64,000 bases of DNA from a virus. The translations under genes and the position numbers were made by a program. The notes beneath the pieces were generated by a model. The model made no database searches. It had not been told where the DNA came from and worked only from the letters and a program-made list of their open reading frames with translations. Within the stretch, counting starts at the first letter, position 1; every line of letters begins with the position of its first letter. Below are positions 42,801 through 53,600 of the stretch, in pieces. Location of the stretch: IMG/VR virus record IMGVR_UViG_3300020193_000007, positions 1 through 64,000 of that record; one strand, given 5' to 3'.

Positions 42801-44620
42801 TATATACAGAATCGTTTTGCACATCGCCGTGCAGGCCCAACGTAAGTTTTATATCGTAAGAAATTGTTGCTGTATCATTATCAATGTAGTTTTCACGATA
42901 AGAAACATATGTATCATAAACGATGTCTATGGGTTCATGAGCCTTATCTATTCCAGTTTTAATTAAACCGTAAGCTTTTAATCCAATTGAATGGTTTTGT
43001 GTTCCAAAATCTAATTTTTCCAACTTAATCTTTATATCATTAAAATCTCCAATGCCCTGCTGATATTCCTCAATGTAATAGTCGCTTGTGGCGCTATCTG
43101 TTATTTGCGGTATTTGAGAAAATCCTTCAGCCCTTTTACCGGCGGGATCCCAGTAGGAATCATTCCATTTTATATAACCAAGGTTAGACGGATATCGGCT
43201 GTTAATATATTCTACAAAATCTCTAAACTCTTGTGTCGGAATTCTATCGTAACCAAAATATTTAATATCTTTTTCTATATCAGACATTTCTAAAATCTCT
43301 GGAGTAGCGCCGAGATAATCAGAATTTGGAGTAGAATCAAATGCTCTCCAAATATCCAATTCTCTTCTGAGAGTTTTCTTAAGACCCTCTGCGTTAATTG
43401 CGGGGGGATTCTGATACACATCAAGTATTCTTAATCTAAAGTTTGCATTTGATTCCAAATATAATCTCTGTAAGCCTACCTTCAAACCAAATTCATCAAA
43501 ACTATTTAGGTTTTGTGCAACTTCTGCTTTATATGAGGTATCATCTACTTTTAGATTGATTATTTTTTTTAATGTATATAATTGAGAAGTTAGGAAATTG
43601 TAGTAAAAAACCCAATCGGTATCTTTTTGCTCCAAAAGCTCCCTCATCGAAGAAACTCTAGCCAATTCTACGTTATCACCTAGCACTTTAACAAATCCTG
43701 GTTTAACTGCGCTATAAACATACAGCCATGCTGGTTGTTTTTGATCCGATAATCCAATGAACGAATCAAGTTCTATTCTGGATATCATGACGTCAACGTC
43801 GTCAAAATCCTCTCCGATAATTGCATTAATTAACCTACCGGCATTTGTTCTTGGAAGTGCTGTTTCTGGAATTGCTCTCTCGGTAGAATCTCCATAAATT
43901 TTTGTCCATGATGGAAACCTGGACAAAATACTTCTTGCATGATCGGTAATATAAGGACTTATTATTTCGCTTATTTCTATTTGGACCAACAATAAAAAGT
44001 TACAATTAGAAATATCCGACTCGGCATCGATTTCTACTACAAATTTACAGTATCTCGAAACATCTTGTAAAAACAATACCGTTGTTTCTTGACCTGTATT
44101 TGCCAATTGTTGCCATTCAGATTCTGCTGGTAAACTTTTGTTTGATGAAAAGATTTTTAAGTTTATGCTTGGTATTTCTAAGCCGGGAAGATTTGAAAAC
44201 GCATGCTTATAGCCAAGTATGTCTACCCTTGATGTTGTATCAACAAACCTTTGGAATGGAGCTAAATTTGAATCGGGAGAGAGGATCCAGTAGGGAGAAG
44301 CTTGTTGTAAATTGAAGACAATAGCAGAATCGATTGTTTGATCAGAATCAAATAGTGAAAAAGTACCGTTGTGATTTATCTAAAATTATTTCACCAAGAG
44401 TTGTCGGTGTAGAATCTTGTGATATAGTAGATTGTTGATTCTGATTTCCCAAAGCTCCTACGAGGGTATGGTCCCCTAAAATATTTTCTCCCGCGGACGA
44501 CCTATAGGTGGAATAGTTTATGTAAAATTTATTTGCATAAAGATCTATTGTATTAGATGTCCAGATATTATTGTCTATGCTAAAATCAGATTTGTTTAAA
44601 GCAAGAAAATAAGTCTTCAT
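39883..44620 (-). CDS. large virion/baseplate protein (1578 aa); +1 frameshift at CGG (44366-44368)
   Basis: A skip at CAA-CGG-T reads openly through the 44107-44347 gap into the 1407 aa ORF; DEFGL..GL.R...ESN..FR.RI baseplate-wedge-like motif; Ig-like C-terminal region. Confidence 0.75.
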
Positions 44621-44632
44621 TTACTATCCTAA

Positions 44633-45895
44633 TTAAATTGAGTCTAACCAAATTGAATACTCGGAAGTAACACCATTTTCAGGATGAATAAACATAAGGT
44701 GCTGAGAAGGTCTACTCATTGAGCTAAAATATTCTTGTGCATAGGTGTTATAACTTTCCGTAGATCCAGAAATTCTTAAAATAGAACTTCCTATAGTCAT
44801 TTTTGTCTGCTGATGGTAATGCCCCATAAAAACATCTTGGAACTCTTCTGGAATTGCACCGTCTTTCCAAGACAAAACCTTTCTACCATATGCGGTTACA
44901 GAGCTTGGTGATGGCAATTGATCCCCATGAATAAGCAGGGTGGAATAGTTCCCAATTCGATCTATGGCATACCAGTGTCTTTCTCCGCGACCATCGGGTA
45001 TATTAAACTTTATTCTATTATTTTCAGAAAAAATTAGACTTAATATTTTATATAAAAGTCTATCCATGTTTGATTCGGGATCATACATTTTTTTGTTTCT
45101 ACCGCCAACAGAACCATGATTTCCTATAATTCCAGTAACATATACATTTTGAAAGTTTTCCAAAGCCGCATTAAAAAATCCTGATAAAATTTCAGGACCG
45201 TTTATTCCCACTTGTCTGTATATTCCAGAATCAATCAGATGACTTTGGCCGGGGAATATCTCCTCACCTTCAACTATATCTCCAAGCAGCCACACGCGCA
45301 AATCATCTACTGGATGATCTGCTCTTTGAACTTCAGCTATCTCTATCATTTTTTCGGTATATAATTCTATTCTTTTTGCCAAGACCTGAGAGTTGTAGTC
45401 TGGAGTGACTTTACCCAATTGCCAATCAGAAAAAACAACTACGGCTGTTTCCGGTGTTCCTTTTCCTGATTTTCTTGGAGTTTTTCTTCGTATAGATGGA
45501 AGTTTAAAGTTTGCAAATGCGTCATAGGCTGCTCTATATATTGTTTGAGAAGCTTCCTCGCTAATATTCTTATGTTTTTCAACTTGTTTTGCGAGTCTTT
45601 TATTTTCTGAGCGCAAAAAATCCATAGTAGAATACTGAATTCCAACAGTAGAATCCTGCTCTTCTTGTTGATTAATAATCATTTCGTCAACTTCATCAAA
45701 TGAGTTATAGTATGAATTTTTTGCAGCAGAGAAGTGTTCAGAAGCTTGACCCTCATCTACTTCCTGTATGTCATAATCATCCAGTAGTATATCACCGAGA
45801 AGATCCCCATCACCCTCAACCAGACCTCTAGCTTGGCGCATATTTTTTGCCTTAACTATATGATTCTTTGTAATTAGAAATGTTTTATCAGACAT
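44633..45895 (-). CDS. calcineurin-like metallophosphoesterase
   Basis: SDWQLG, LGDIVEG, GNHG, HGD, GHYH. Confidence 0.85.
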   Translation of the reverse strand: MSDKTFLITKNHIVKAKNMRQARGLVEGDGDLLGDILLDDYDIQEVDEGQASEHFSAAKNSYYNSFDEVDEMIINQQEEQDSTVGIQYSTMDFLRSENKRLAKQVEKHKNISEEASQTIYRAAYDAFANFKLPSIRRKTPRKSGKGTPETAVVVFSDWQLGKVTPDYNSQVLAKRIELYTEKMIEIAEVQRADHPVDDLRVWLLGDIVEGEEIFPGQSHLIDSGIYRQVGINGPEILSGFFNAALENFQNVYVTGIIGNHGSVGGRNKKMYDPESNMDRLLYKILSLIFSENNRIKFNIPDGRGERHWYAIDRIGNYSTLLIHGDQLPSPSSVTAYGRKVLSWKDGAIPEEFQDVFMGHYHQQTKMTIGSSILRISGSTESYNTYAQEYFSSMSRPSQHLMFIHPENGVTSEYSIWLDSI

Positions 45896-45913
45896 GATTA
45901 CCTTTCTTTCAGA

Positions 45914-47080
45914 CTAATATCCCTGGGAAGACATTATAACAGAAAATATCGAAGTTGTGCCTGCAATTATGTATTCTCTTTCGGAATTTAATCTAAATAC
46001 GCCCTTTGGCACTTCTTGACCCCTTGAGGTTACGCTTAATATATTGACTGATCTAATGAAATCGGAAGAGGTCCTAATTGCACTTTCTATATCGGAGAAC
46101 GCTATAGACCCTCCTATGGTAAAAGAGTTTAAATACTTCTTAACAAATGTTGAAGCTTGCGATTCAATTGCTGTTATTGCAGCCGGTGCAAGTCCCTGTG
46201 GAAGAACTATGTTGGCGACGACGCTAATTGGAACTCTTTCAGCTATTCTAATATTAAGTTTTATTCCAACTGGTTTTTTTCCGCTAAGATTATCTGCTAG
46301 TGTTTGCACAAAAAGTGGATCAAGAGATTGAGATTCCGGAACAACAATTATATCACAAGATCCAAGGCCGTACGAAGACTCCCTAATTCTGACGTCCCTA
46401 ACGCCTGGTATAGCTAGAGCGCTTAGCCTTAAAGATTCTGCGGTGCCATAAGATCTTTCTTTAATCGACATACTTATTCGCCTTCTGTAATTATCGTCAC
46501 CTTCCATCCCCGGCATGGAATATACTTCCTTTGGGTTTGAGCAGTAAACTATAGTGCCATCTGTTGACACGAAATTATGTTTAGTTAAGGTATTTTTTGC
46601 TGCCGTGAAATCTTGGGTGGTAAATGTCGGATCAATTCTTCCATATGCCTTATTGGTTCCAGCAACGATTATCACAGTGGCTGCAAGCTTATATTGATAT
46701 TGTCTTTCTGCAAACTCTGTTACATCATTAAATACTAGGGTATCTTGCGGAATAACGATACTGCTAGATGTTGGAGCTGAGATATAAAATTCGATATTAA
46801 AACTTGCTCTTTCCTGTTCGGCTTCTGGGGTAATTGTACTTCTTCTAACCCCATATAATTCTCCAATCAAATCTAATGATTTACCGGTCGCAGTTGCAAT
46901 AGATGTTTGATCAACTGCAAACTTTAGAGCATCATACAAGTCCCCCACCTCCATGGCAATAGACTCCGCAAACGCTCTTGCTATTGAACCTGGATAAGTT
47001 GCCGTAATTCCGTTGCCCTCCAGAGCCCTCATCATACGTCCTAATATTTCTGTTTTTGTTTTACTATAGACTATGGGCAT
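45914..47080 (-). CDS. baseplate J/gp47-family protein
   Basis: ATG..LD.IG..YG..R, E.DD.YR.RI, GT...L...AL.IPGV. Confidence 0.85.
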   Translation of the reverse strand: MPIVYSKTKTEILGRMMRALEGNGITATYPGSIARAFAESIAMEVGDLYDALKFAVDQTSIATATGKSLDLIGELYGVRRSTITPEAEQERASFNIEFYISAPTSSSIVIPQDTLVFNDVTEFAERQYQYKLAATVIIVAGTNKAYGRIDPTFTTQDFTAAKNTLTKHNFVSTDGTIVYCSNPKEVYSMPGMEGDDNYRRRISMSIKERSYGTAESLRLSALAIPGVRDVRIRESSYGLGSCDIIVVPESQSLDPLFVQTLADNLSGKKPVGIKLNIRIAERVPISVVANIVLPQGLAPAAITAIESQASTFVKKYLNSFTIGGSIAFSDIESAIRTSSDFIRSVNILSVTSRGQEVPKGVFRLNSEREYIIAGTTSIFSVIMSSQGY

Positions 47081-47097
47081 TTTATACTCCTTTTATA

Positions 47098-47481
47098 TTA
47101 CAGTTCTTGAACAACAGAAAGAGTTACTGGTTCTGTTGAATTATCTTCAATATGAACATCAAATCTTATTCCCGTTGCTGATACCGGAACTGCATCGATT
47201 GATATTAGTCTCCCCCTAAAAATTCCGCCCTTTAATTCGTTTTCTAATGAATCTCTTATAATTCTTTTTCCTAAATCTGCTGTTATTCTGTTTTGCGGCA
47301 TGCCGCGCAGAATTCCAAGGTCACAACCAAGCTTGGGGTAAAGCATAAAATCATTGGGTTCAGTCATTAATCTAATGTATATTTGTTGAATGTCCCTTTG
47401 ACTTCGACTTTGGGTAATAGCTATATCCTTATTGGATGATATTAAAATATCTCCACTCAAGTCAAAATAAAAGTCGGGCAT
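47098..47481 (-). CDS. gp25-like baseplate wedge protein
   Basis: Q.I..RL.T......YP..G..L pattern; adjacent to baseplate J. Confidence 0.7.
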   Translation of the reverse strand: MPDFYFDLSGDILISSNKDIAITQSRSQRDIQQIYIRLMTEPNDFMLYPKLGCDLGILRGMPQNRITADLGKRIIRDSLENELKGGIFRGRLISIDAVPVSATGIRFDVHIEDNSTEPVTLSVVQEL

Positions 47482-48164
47482 TATTTATCCAAATCACTTT
47501 TAATCCATGGAAAATTTTTTGAGTTGTCTGCCATATTAAAGTCTTTTTCATTTATTTTATTTAAAGATTCCTGATAAGAATATCCCGAATGCATCATTCT
47601 TTTAAGAACTGAAACTTCTTCCTGCGTATGATCCTTTGCGTATGAGTCAATAAGGGCTATTTGCTCAGAAGTAAACCCACTAGTGCTACCCGAGGTAACC
47701 TGTTCATTACTCTGACTTCCCAAGGCATACTTACCGCTTATAGTAACCGGATTATTCTGCTTACTCTGTTCAAATTCTTGTATATTATTTAAATAATAAT
47801 TAACCCTATGATATGCTGGATTGTTTAAAAAATCCCCTGTTTTGATTAAAGAGGGCTCATTGTAAACGTCAGATGCCGGATTAAAAGACTTATCATTCCA
47901 TCTTAAACCATCATCTTCTTTTGAAAAAATCTTTATAGAATCCGCATGAAGAGATATGCTTCTTGTGTTGGGATTAATAATTATCCCTATTCCAGGAGCG
48001 GCAAAAATTTCTATTGATCCACCATCTGCTATCCTAATAAAGGCGTTGTTGTCAGGATGCGTTAGGCCAACTTCTCTATGGGAAAATTCTGTTCTTCTTT
48101 TAATTTCCAAACTTTCATTAAATGGTTTCGACGCATTTGAATTTTCTTGATAATAGTTGTTCAT
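47481..48164 (-). CDS. putative baseplate protein
   Basis: 227 aa with a beta-repeat-like segment AFIRIADGGSIEI; baseplate context. Confidence 0.55.
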   Translation of the reverse strand: MNNYYQENSNASKPFNESLEIKRRTEFSHREVGLTHPDNNAFIRIADGGSIEIFAAPGIGIIINPNTRSISLHADSIKIFSKEDDGLRWNDKSFNPASDVYNEPSLIKTGDFLNNPAYHRVNYYLNNIQEFEQSKQNNPVTISGKYALGSQSNEQVTSGSTSGFTSEQIALIDSYAKDHTQEEVSVLKRMMHSGYSYQESLNKINEKDFNMADNSKNFPWIKSDLDK

Positions 48165-48165
48165 T

Positions 48166-48528
48166 TTACTCCATAAACTTTGGTATGCCAGTATATATAT
48201 TTAAATTTCTAGAATTTTTATATGAACGAGGTTCATTATAGTACATAATTATATATGCTTCTTCCTCATGCTCATCCCTAAATCCTACTAGGCAACGTGT
48301 TCCCGGAGACGGGGCTGCGGATTGAACTCCATAAGTAAAAGGACACGGAACATTTATCATGGCATTACCGATCGTGTCAGAAAACTTTTCATCTATCAAT
48401 ACTGTTGCCGTATTATTTTGTGCATTATACACCATGATAGTTCCTGGTCTATTTTTTACTTGAAGAAATTTAGATCTATCAATATGATCTGTGATTTTTT
48501 TGTCAAATTTGGGATAATTTCCTGGCAT
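48166..48528 (-). CDS. putative baseplate spike OB-fold protein
   Basis: G.I..YN....TATV...NVP......P..G..CLVGF. Confidence 0.55.
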   Translation of the reverse strand: MPGNYPKFDKKITDHIDRSKFLQVKNRPGTIMVYNAQNNTATVLIDEKFSDTIGNAMINVPCPFTYGVQSAAPSPGTRCLVGFRDEHEEEAYIIMYYNEPRSYKNSRNLNIYTGIPKFME

Positions 48529-48537
48529 GATTTCTCC

Positions 48538-50630
48538 TTAAATTTCCGTTCCATCGTCTTCAAACACAGTTCCACTCATCCATTTTTCAATATAGGAATA
48601 TGGTCTCTTGTTTTTAAAGTTCTTTCTTATCCAAGCTTTTAGCGAATCTTCTGATTTACCTTTTAATTTATAGGAGTTAGCTACTGTGGTAAATTTAACC
48701 TTAAAAATAAATCCAACAGTTGACCTTGGTGTTCCATTTTTATTGTTGTAATCCCCCCATGCAGTAAACACATAAGAATCAATTGGCTTTCCCTTTAATG
48801 CTTTTGCCACCTCAGTTTGCCCAGCAGCAACCGTGCCAAGCATCCAAGCTTGATTGTAGGGTATAAATATTCTTTTGTCAACAGTTGATTTTGTTGCTTT
48901 TTCTACAACTTTTTTACTAAGCGATTCGACATTATTATCGTCATCAATCGCATACGCCAGTTTGACGCCAAGTACAGTTTGGTCGTACGGCTGTCCTGTA
49001 GCATCGTATTTGAGAATAAACATTTTTTTACCGTGCGCAGCAGGCAGAAGATTGCATTGAAAAGCTCCAAAAGAAAAATCTCCACTTCCAGTCTTATTCT
49101 CGTTTAGTGCACCCGGTCGCCAACGAGATTCTCTTTCTCCAATGCCAACAAATATTGCGGCAACTTCATCACCAAAAATTCCCGATGTTGAAAGCAGATA
49201 CATCACCTCATCTGCGCTGAATGTTGCACCAGGTTGATCAAAATAACTTTTTTTAAATTTATCTAAAGATACTGTTGAAGGAACTGAGGAGCCGCCCGTT
49301 GAAGTGGACCCTGTAAGTTGTTGAGCTATTTCTGGGGTAATAAAAGATCCTGCTCTCTGTGCTGACCAGCTTATATGTATGTGATTTCTATGAGAAGAAT
49401 CAGTTGCAAAATTTATAAATGGAGCTAATAGTGGATACTTAGTTCTAATCGCTGCGTTGGCGCCCTCTATTCCAGTTTCTAATATTCCAAATTCTTCAGC
49501 TAATTGATCGTGAATAATAATTAGGTCGGGATGAAGTTCTTTTGAAAGAGTCTGTAAATTTGTCAAAAGAATATTTAAACCTTTTCTAAAATTGTCTAGA
49601 CTAGAAACTAGGTCAATTGAATCATCCGCAGTATTCCCTATCTGCATTATGTCCAAGCCTCTTCCAAAAGCGTGATCGCTAACACTATTGCTATCGGCTG
49701 TTAATTCACTAAAATTTGCTCCAACCAAACCCCTACCAGTTCCAGTATCTGCTTTAATGTATATTTTGTTCGTCAATTGCAACATCATCTCTATTAAGGC
49801 GGCTGCCATGAAACAAGTTTTTTTTCCTGTACCTAAAAAATCCTTGGGTACAGGCAGAGATTCATAAGAACCTGAGACATAATTTCCAGATTGTTTTATC
49901 TCAAAACCCAAGGAGCCAAGTGATTGACCTTTTGAATTTGTGCTGAAATCTATGTTGAATGTGGTAATATTTCCCGCAAAGTTTGCTTTATCGTTCAACT
50001 CTTTAGTTTTTGTTATGTATGTTTCTATTTCTTTTTCCGTAAGAATATCCTGCAAGGCTATTGGCCTTGATCCACCATTCAGTGTTATTCCTCCGCTCGA
50101 AGAATGATAACCTTTTTGACTGTGAGCCAAAAGACCGCCGAGTTTGCGTATCAACAAAACCGCTAGAACCATCTGTGGATGTTGTGGTAGAATTTATGAC
50201 ACTATCGTTTAGCGCTTTTAACGCTACATCAAAACCATTTGGGGCATAGCCAGTATATAGAATTGAGTTCTTTGCTATTTCTGCTCTTGCTGCTGCTCCG
50301 GTCAAGACGTTCTTGCCCGATGGATCATTGGGATCAAGTATCTTTACATTGTCATCTATATCTGCTTGTGCCGCGATAATGCCGATGCAGTGCCGATTGA
50401 GTTGATTGTGCGTACGCGTTTATCGCGTATGCCGGATTTCTATACAGCCCGTCTCCCTGCAAAAGTTTTGTTGGATCTGCGCTTCTTAGCGACCTATCCT
50501 GATATGGCTGTTGAGAAAGGCTTGTATTTTTGATTATCAATTCACCATTTGGGTAAAAGGAAGAACCAATTTTTTCCGTTATACTCTTTGTACTGGTTAA
50601 ATCTGTTATATCTATTGGATAATCTGACAT
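48538..50630 (-). CDS. tail-associated dual peptidoglycan hydrolase, M15-like peptidase plus lytic transglycosylase-like (696 aa); two +1 frameshifts at CGG (50382-50384, 50138-50140)
   Basis: SDHAFGRGLD...HRNHIHIS; RESRWRPGA.N...SFGAFQ.N; three ORFs joined by two C skips. Confidence 0.75.
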
Positions 50631-50637
50631 TTTTTAC

Positions 50638-53600
50638 CTATCGTTCTATCTCTCTAGGGATTGGAATTGCCCTAGATGGATCAAGTAGAGCCGGTCCTTT
50701 AATCAAATTTAAAGTCTCCGTATATACTCTAGCCAAACCATTTACAACCAGCTCCCAGTTGAGTGTAATTGGACTACCATCTGGATAGTACTCATCCCAG
50801 CCAACATATGGCCATTCCGAGGCCGTAGAATACACATCTTGAAGTATTAGAATACCTACTGCGGCATCAAATACGGCTCTTTCTGTGGCGGTAAGACTGT
50901 TGAGTGGATCATCAGCTCCTGTTACCTTGAAGTAAATGTAATCCGTAACTTGTTTTTGCTGCTCAATCATGGCATCAAAAATGATGCTGAATCGTGTTTC
51001 AATGACACTATTTAAAGAAATTAATTCTTTTGTCTTATCCCTTACATAAGCTATGCTGTTTGATGTACTTTCTGGAATTCTCAAGAATATACCTCTAACC
51101 TTGTTAATTATAGCTTCTTCCCTCATGGAGTCTACCCTATAAAAGATAGAAGCCATATATCTATCGTTAGAGTCTTTATTGTTTTTCCCAGTTTTTGCGA
51201 CAGCGTAATTTCCCGGATTATTTTCTTTTGCCCCGGCTTCAATATCATCAGCGGTTAATATTCTTGATGGATCATTGGGATTTATTCTCAGTACAATTAA
51301 TTTACCCAATAAAGCTTCTTTAGTATAGTTATACGACTTTGCTCCCTCGGAATTTGGATTAACAATTCCTACCTCACCCGGATATACCGACAGCTTTTGT
51401 AGTTCTGCTGCTTGAATTCCCTCAAATCTAATTCTATAATCGGCCGCTTTTTTAGATTTTCCATCAGGATTACCTTGGCGCTTTTCATCTACACTTATGC
51501 CTTTCTCCGGATTGAGCACATCTTGAACATCAATTGTGTCACCGTCAACAATGTGAACAACCTTTGCTATAACCTTAAAGCTTTGATTTAATCCTGTTTT
51601 TTCCGGTCCAAGACCAGAATATTTCAAAAGTTCTGCATGCACTACTGCATTTTCCAAACTTGTATATCTTACCAAATCCGATATTTCTTTTTCTCTCCAG
51701 CCCATGCTTCTCAGGAGATCATCGCTCCTAATGTAAGCGTGACCTTCTGCCGTTTTTGTTTTGGTTCTTACGCCGAGCACTCCGGGGAGAAGCTTGATTG
51801 AATGATGCTTACCAACCACCATGCCCTGAAAGTTGGCCAAACCAGCATCCATCGCCTGACCATTCTTGTTTAAATATTGAATGTAGCAGCCGTGCTGATC
51901 TAAGATATGGTTTCTAACCCACTTCCATGCACTCCATGCAGCGTCAGTTGCCAGCGTCAAGCCTGCGGCAACGGCCGCTCCAGCCAGGGGGGTTCCAAAA
52001 ATAGTGGCTGCAGCGGTTGCGCCAGCAGTTACTGCCGGCATAACCAGGGAAGAGGTCACCGCCGCAACTGCACTCATCCCTTCAGTTTTTCCAGTTTGGT
52101 TTTTAATCAACTGCTTTATTTGCTCTTGTGTTTCCGGCATCGAATCTGCCAGCTGATTCGCTTGTATATCCTTAAGTAGCGCCGAGTGACCATGGGTATA
52201 TTGCATGCCGCCAACCATTTGATCCTTAAGCATGAGGGCAAGATTTTCTATTGAAACATCTCCATTGGTCGTCAGTCTTGCATTATTTGACTCATTAGCC
52301 AAAAGTAATCTAGTGTCGTTTCTGAAATTTTGAGTGCTCAACCAAGAACCAAGCCAAGAAGTCATAAACCATCTAGCTGGATCATTGACCGTAACAAGTG
52401 CATTGGGGGTAATACTTGTGATAAAACCCATTTCCGGAGTGAAGTGATGAACTATCTGCTCAACCTCAAACATACCATACATCCTATTGTACACGTCTGC
52501 CAAATAAACAAGATCGTGCGGCCTTATGTCTGCATTACCAATTACCATTATCTCTCCACCATAAATGTCTTTCAGATTATCTTTCAAATACGAAAGAGCA
52601 ACTCTTCTTGCGGTCAACTCATCTGGTTCTCCTTGCACATTTTTTGCTATTCCTCTTGCGGTTTCCAGAGGATGGAATATAGGATGAAGTATACCAAAAA
52701 CTCCTTCGCCTTTTGGATTGTCCCAATAAAGCCCAGTTTCAACAGTTTTTTCAACTTGCTTCTCTGACGTTACTGATTTATCAAGCGATACTGTCACTGG
52801 AAATTTGCCATCTGACACCGCTGTTATTTGAGTGGCAATCCCGTTGAAAATTTTCTTTTATATTATTAGAAATGATGTGACTAAATGAGCTAAGGTAATG
52901 CACTCTTTGAAATGATTCCCTTATTTCAACAACAGGTTCACCATACTCTCTGGTGAACGGGTTATCAACGGCCCTGAGCAAGGTCCCAGGTCTACCAAGT
53001 GAATAATAAATAGAGTCGTTATATGCCTTATTTAGAATGTTCGCTTGCTTGGTAAAGTTTTCAAGCTCCTTAAGACCATAACCCATTTGAGCCATTGACA
53101 TTCTAAACATATTTAGCATATTGCCCAAGGCCGTGTCAAAGGCTGTAATGATAGGCCCTATGTTTTTATCCCAAAAGTTATCAACATCTTCCATAATTCC
53201 GGTAACCCAGTTGCCTGCGTTGTTTCCCGCCTTTGCATTTTCTTTTAGTAGCTTTATGAAAGCATTGCTATCGGTTGCGTATTCTCTTTCATAATTAATA
53301 AACTGTGCAAATATATTATCTATCGGCCTAAAACTCCATTGATCATTTTCATTACCAAATAGATCAAAGACACCAGCAAGTGGAACGGCAACTTGAACAG
53401 CGGCTGCAAGTCCAGTTGCGCTGAATCTCTTTTTGTCAACTCTCAAAACTAGCCAAGCTCTAGCGTATGGATCTGACCAAAGTTTCTGCCTGAATATACC
53501 AACCAACAAAAGATAAAGTTGTTTGGGTGTTTTAATATTTTTAAGAAGATTAAGTGCGTCTTCTTCGGATTTTATGTTTCTTGGATCAAAGTCGGGTTCT

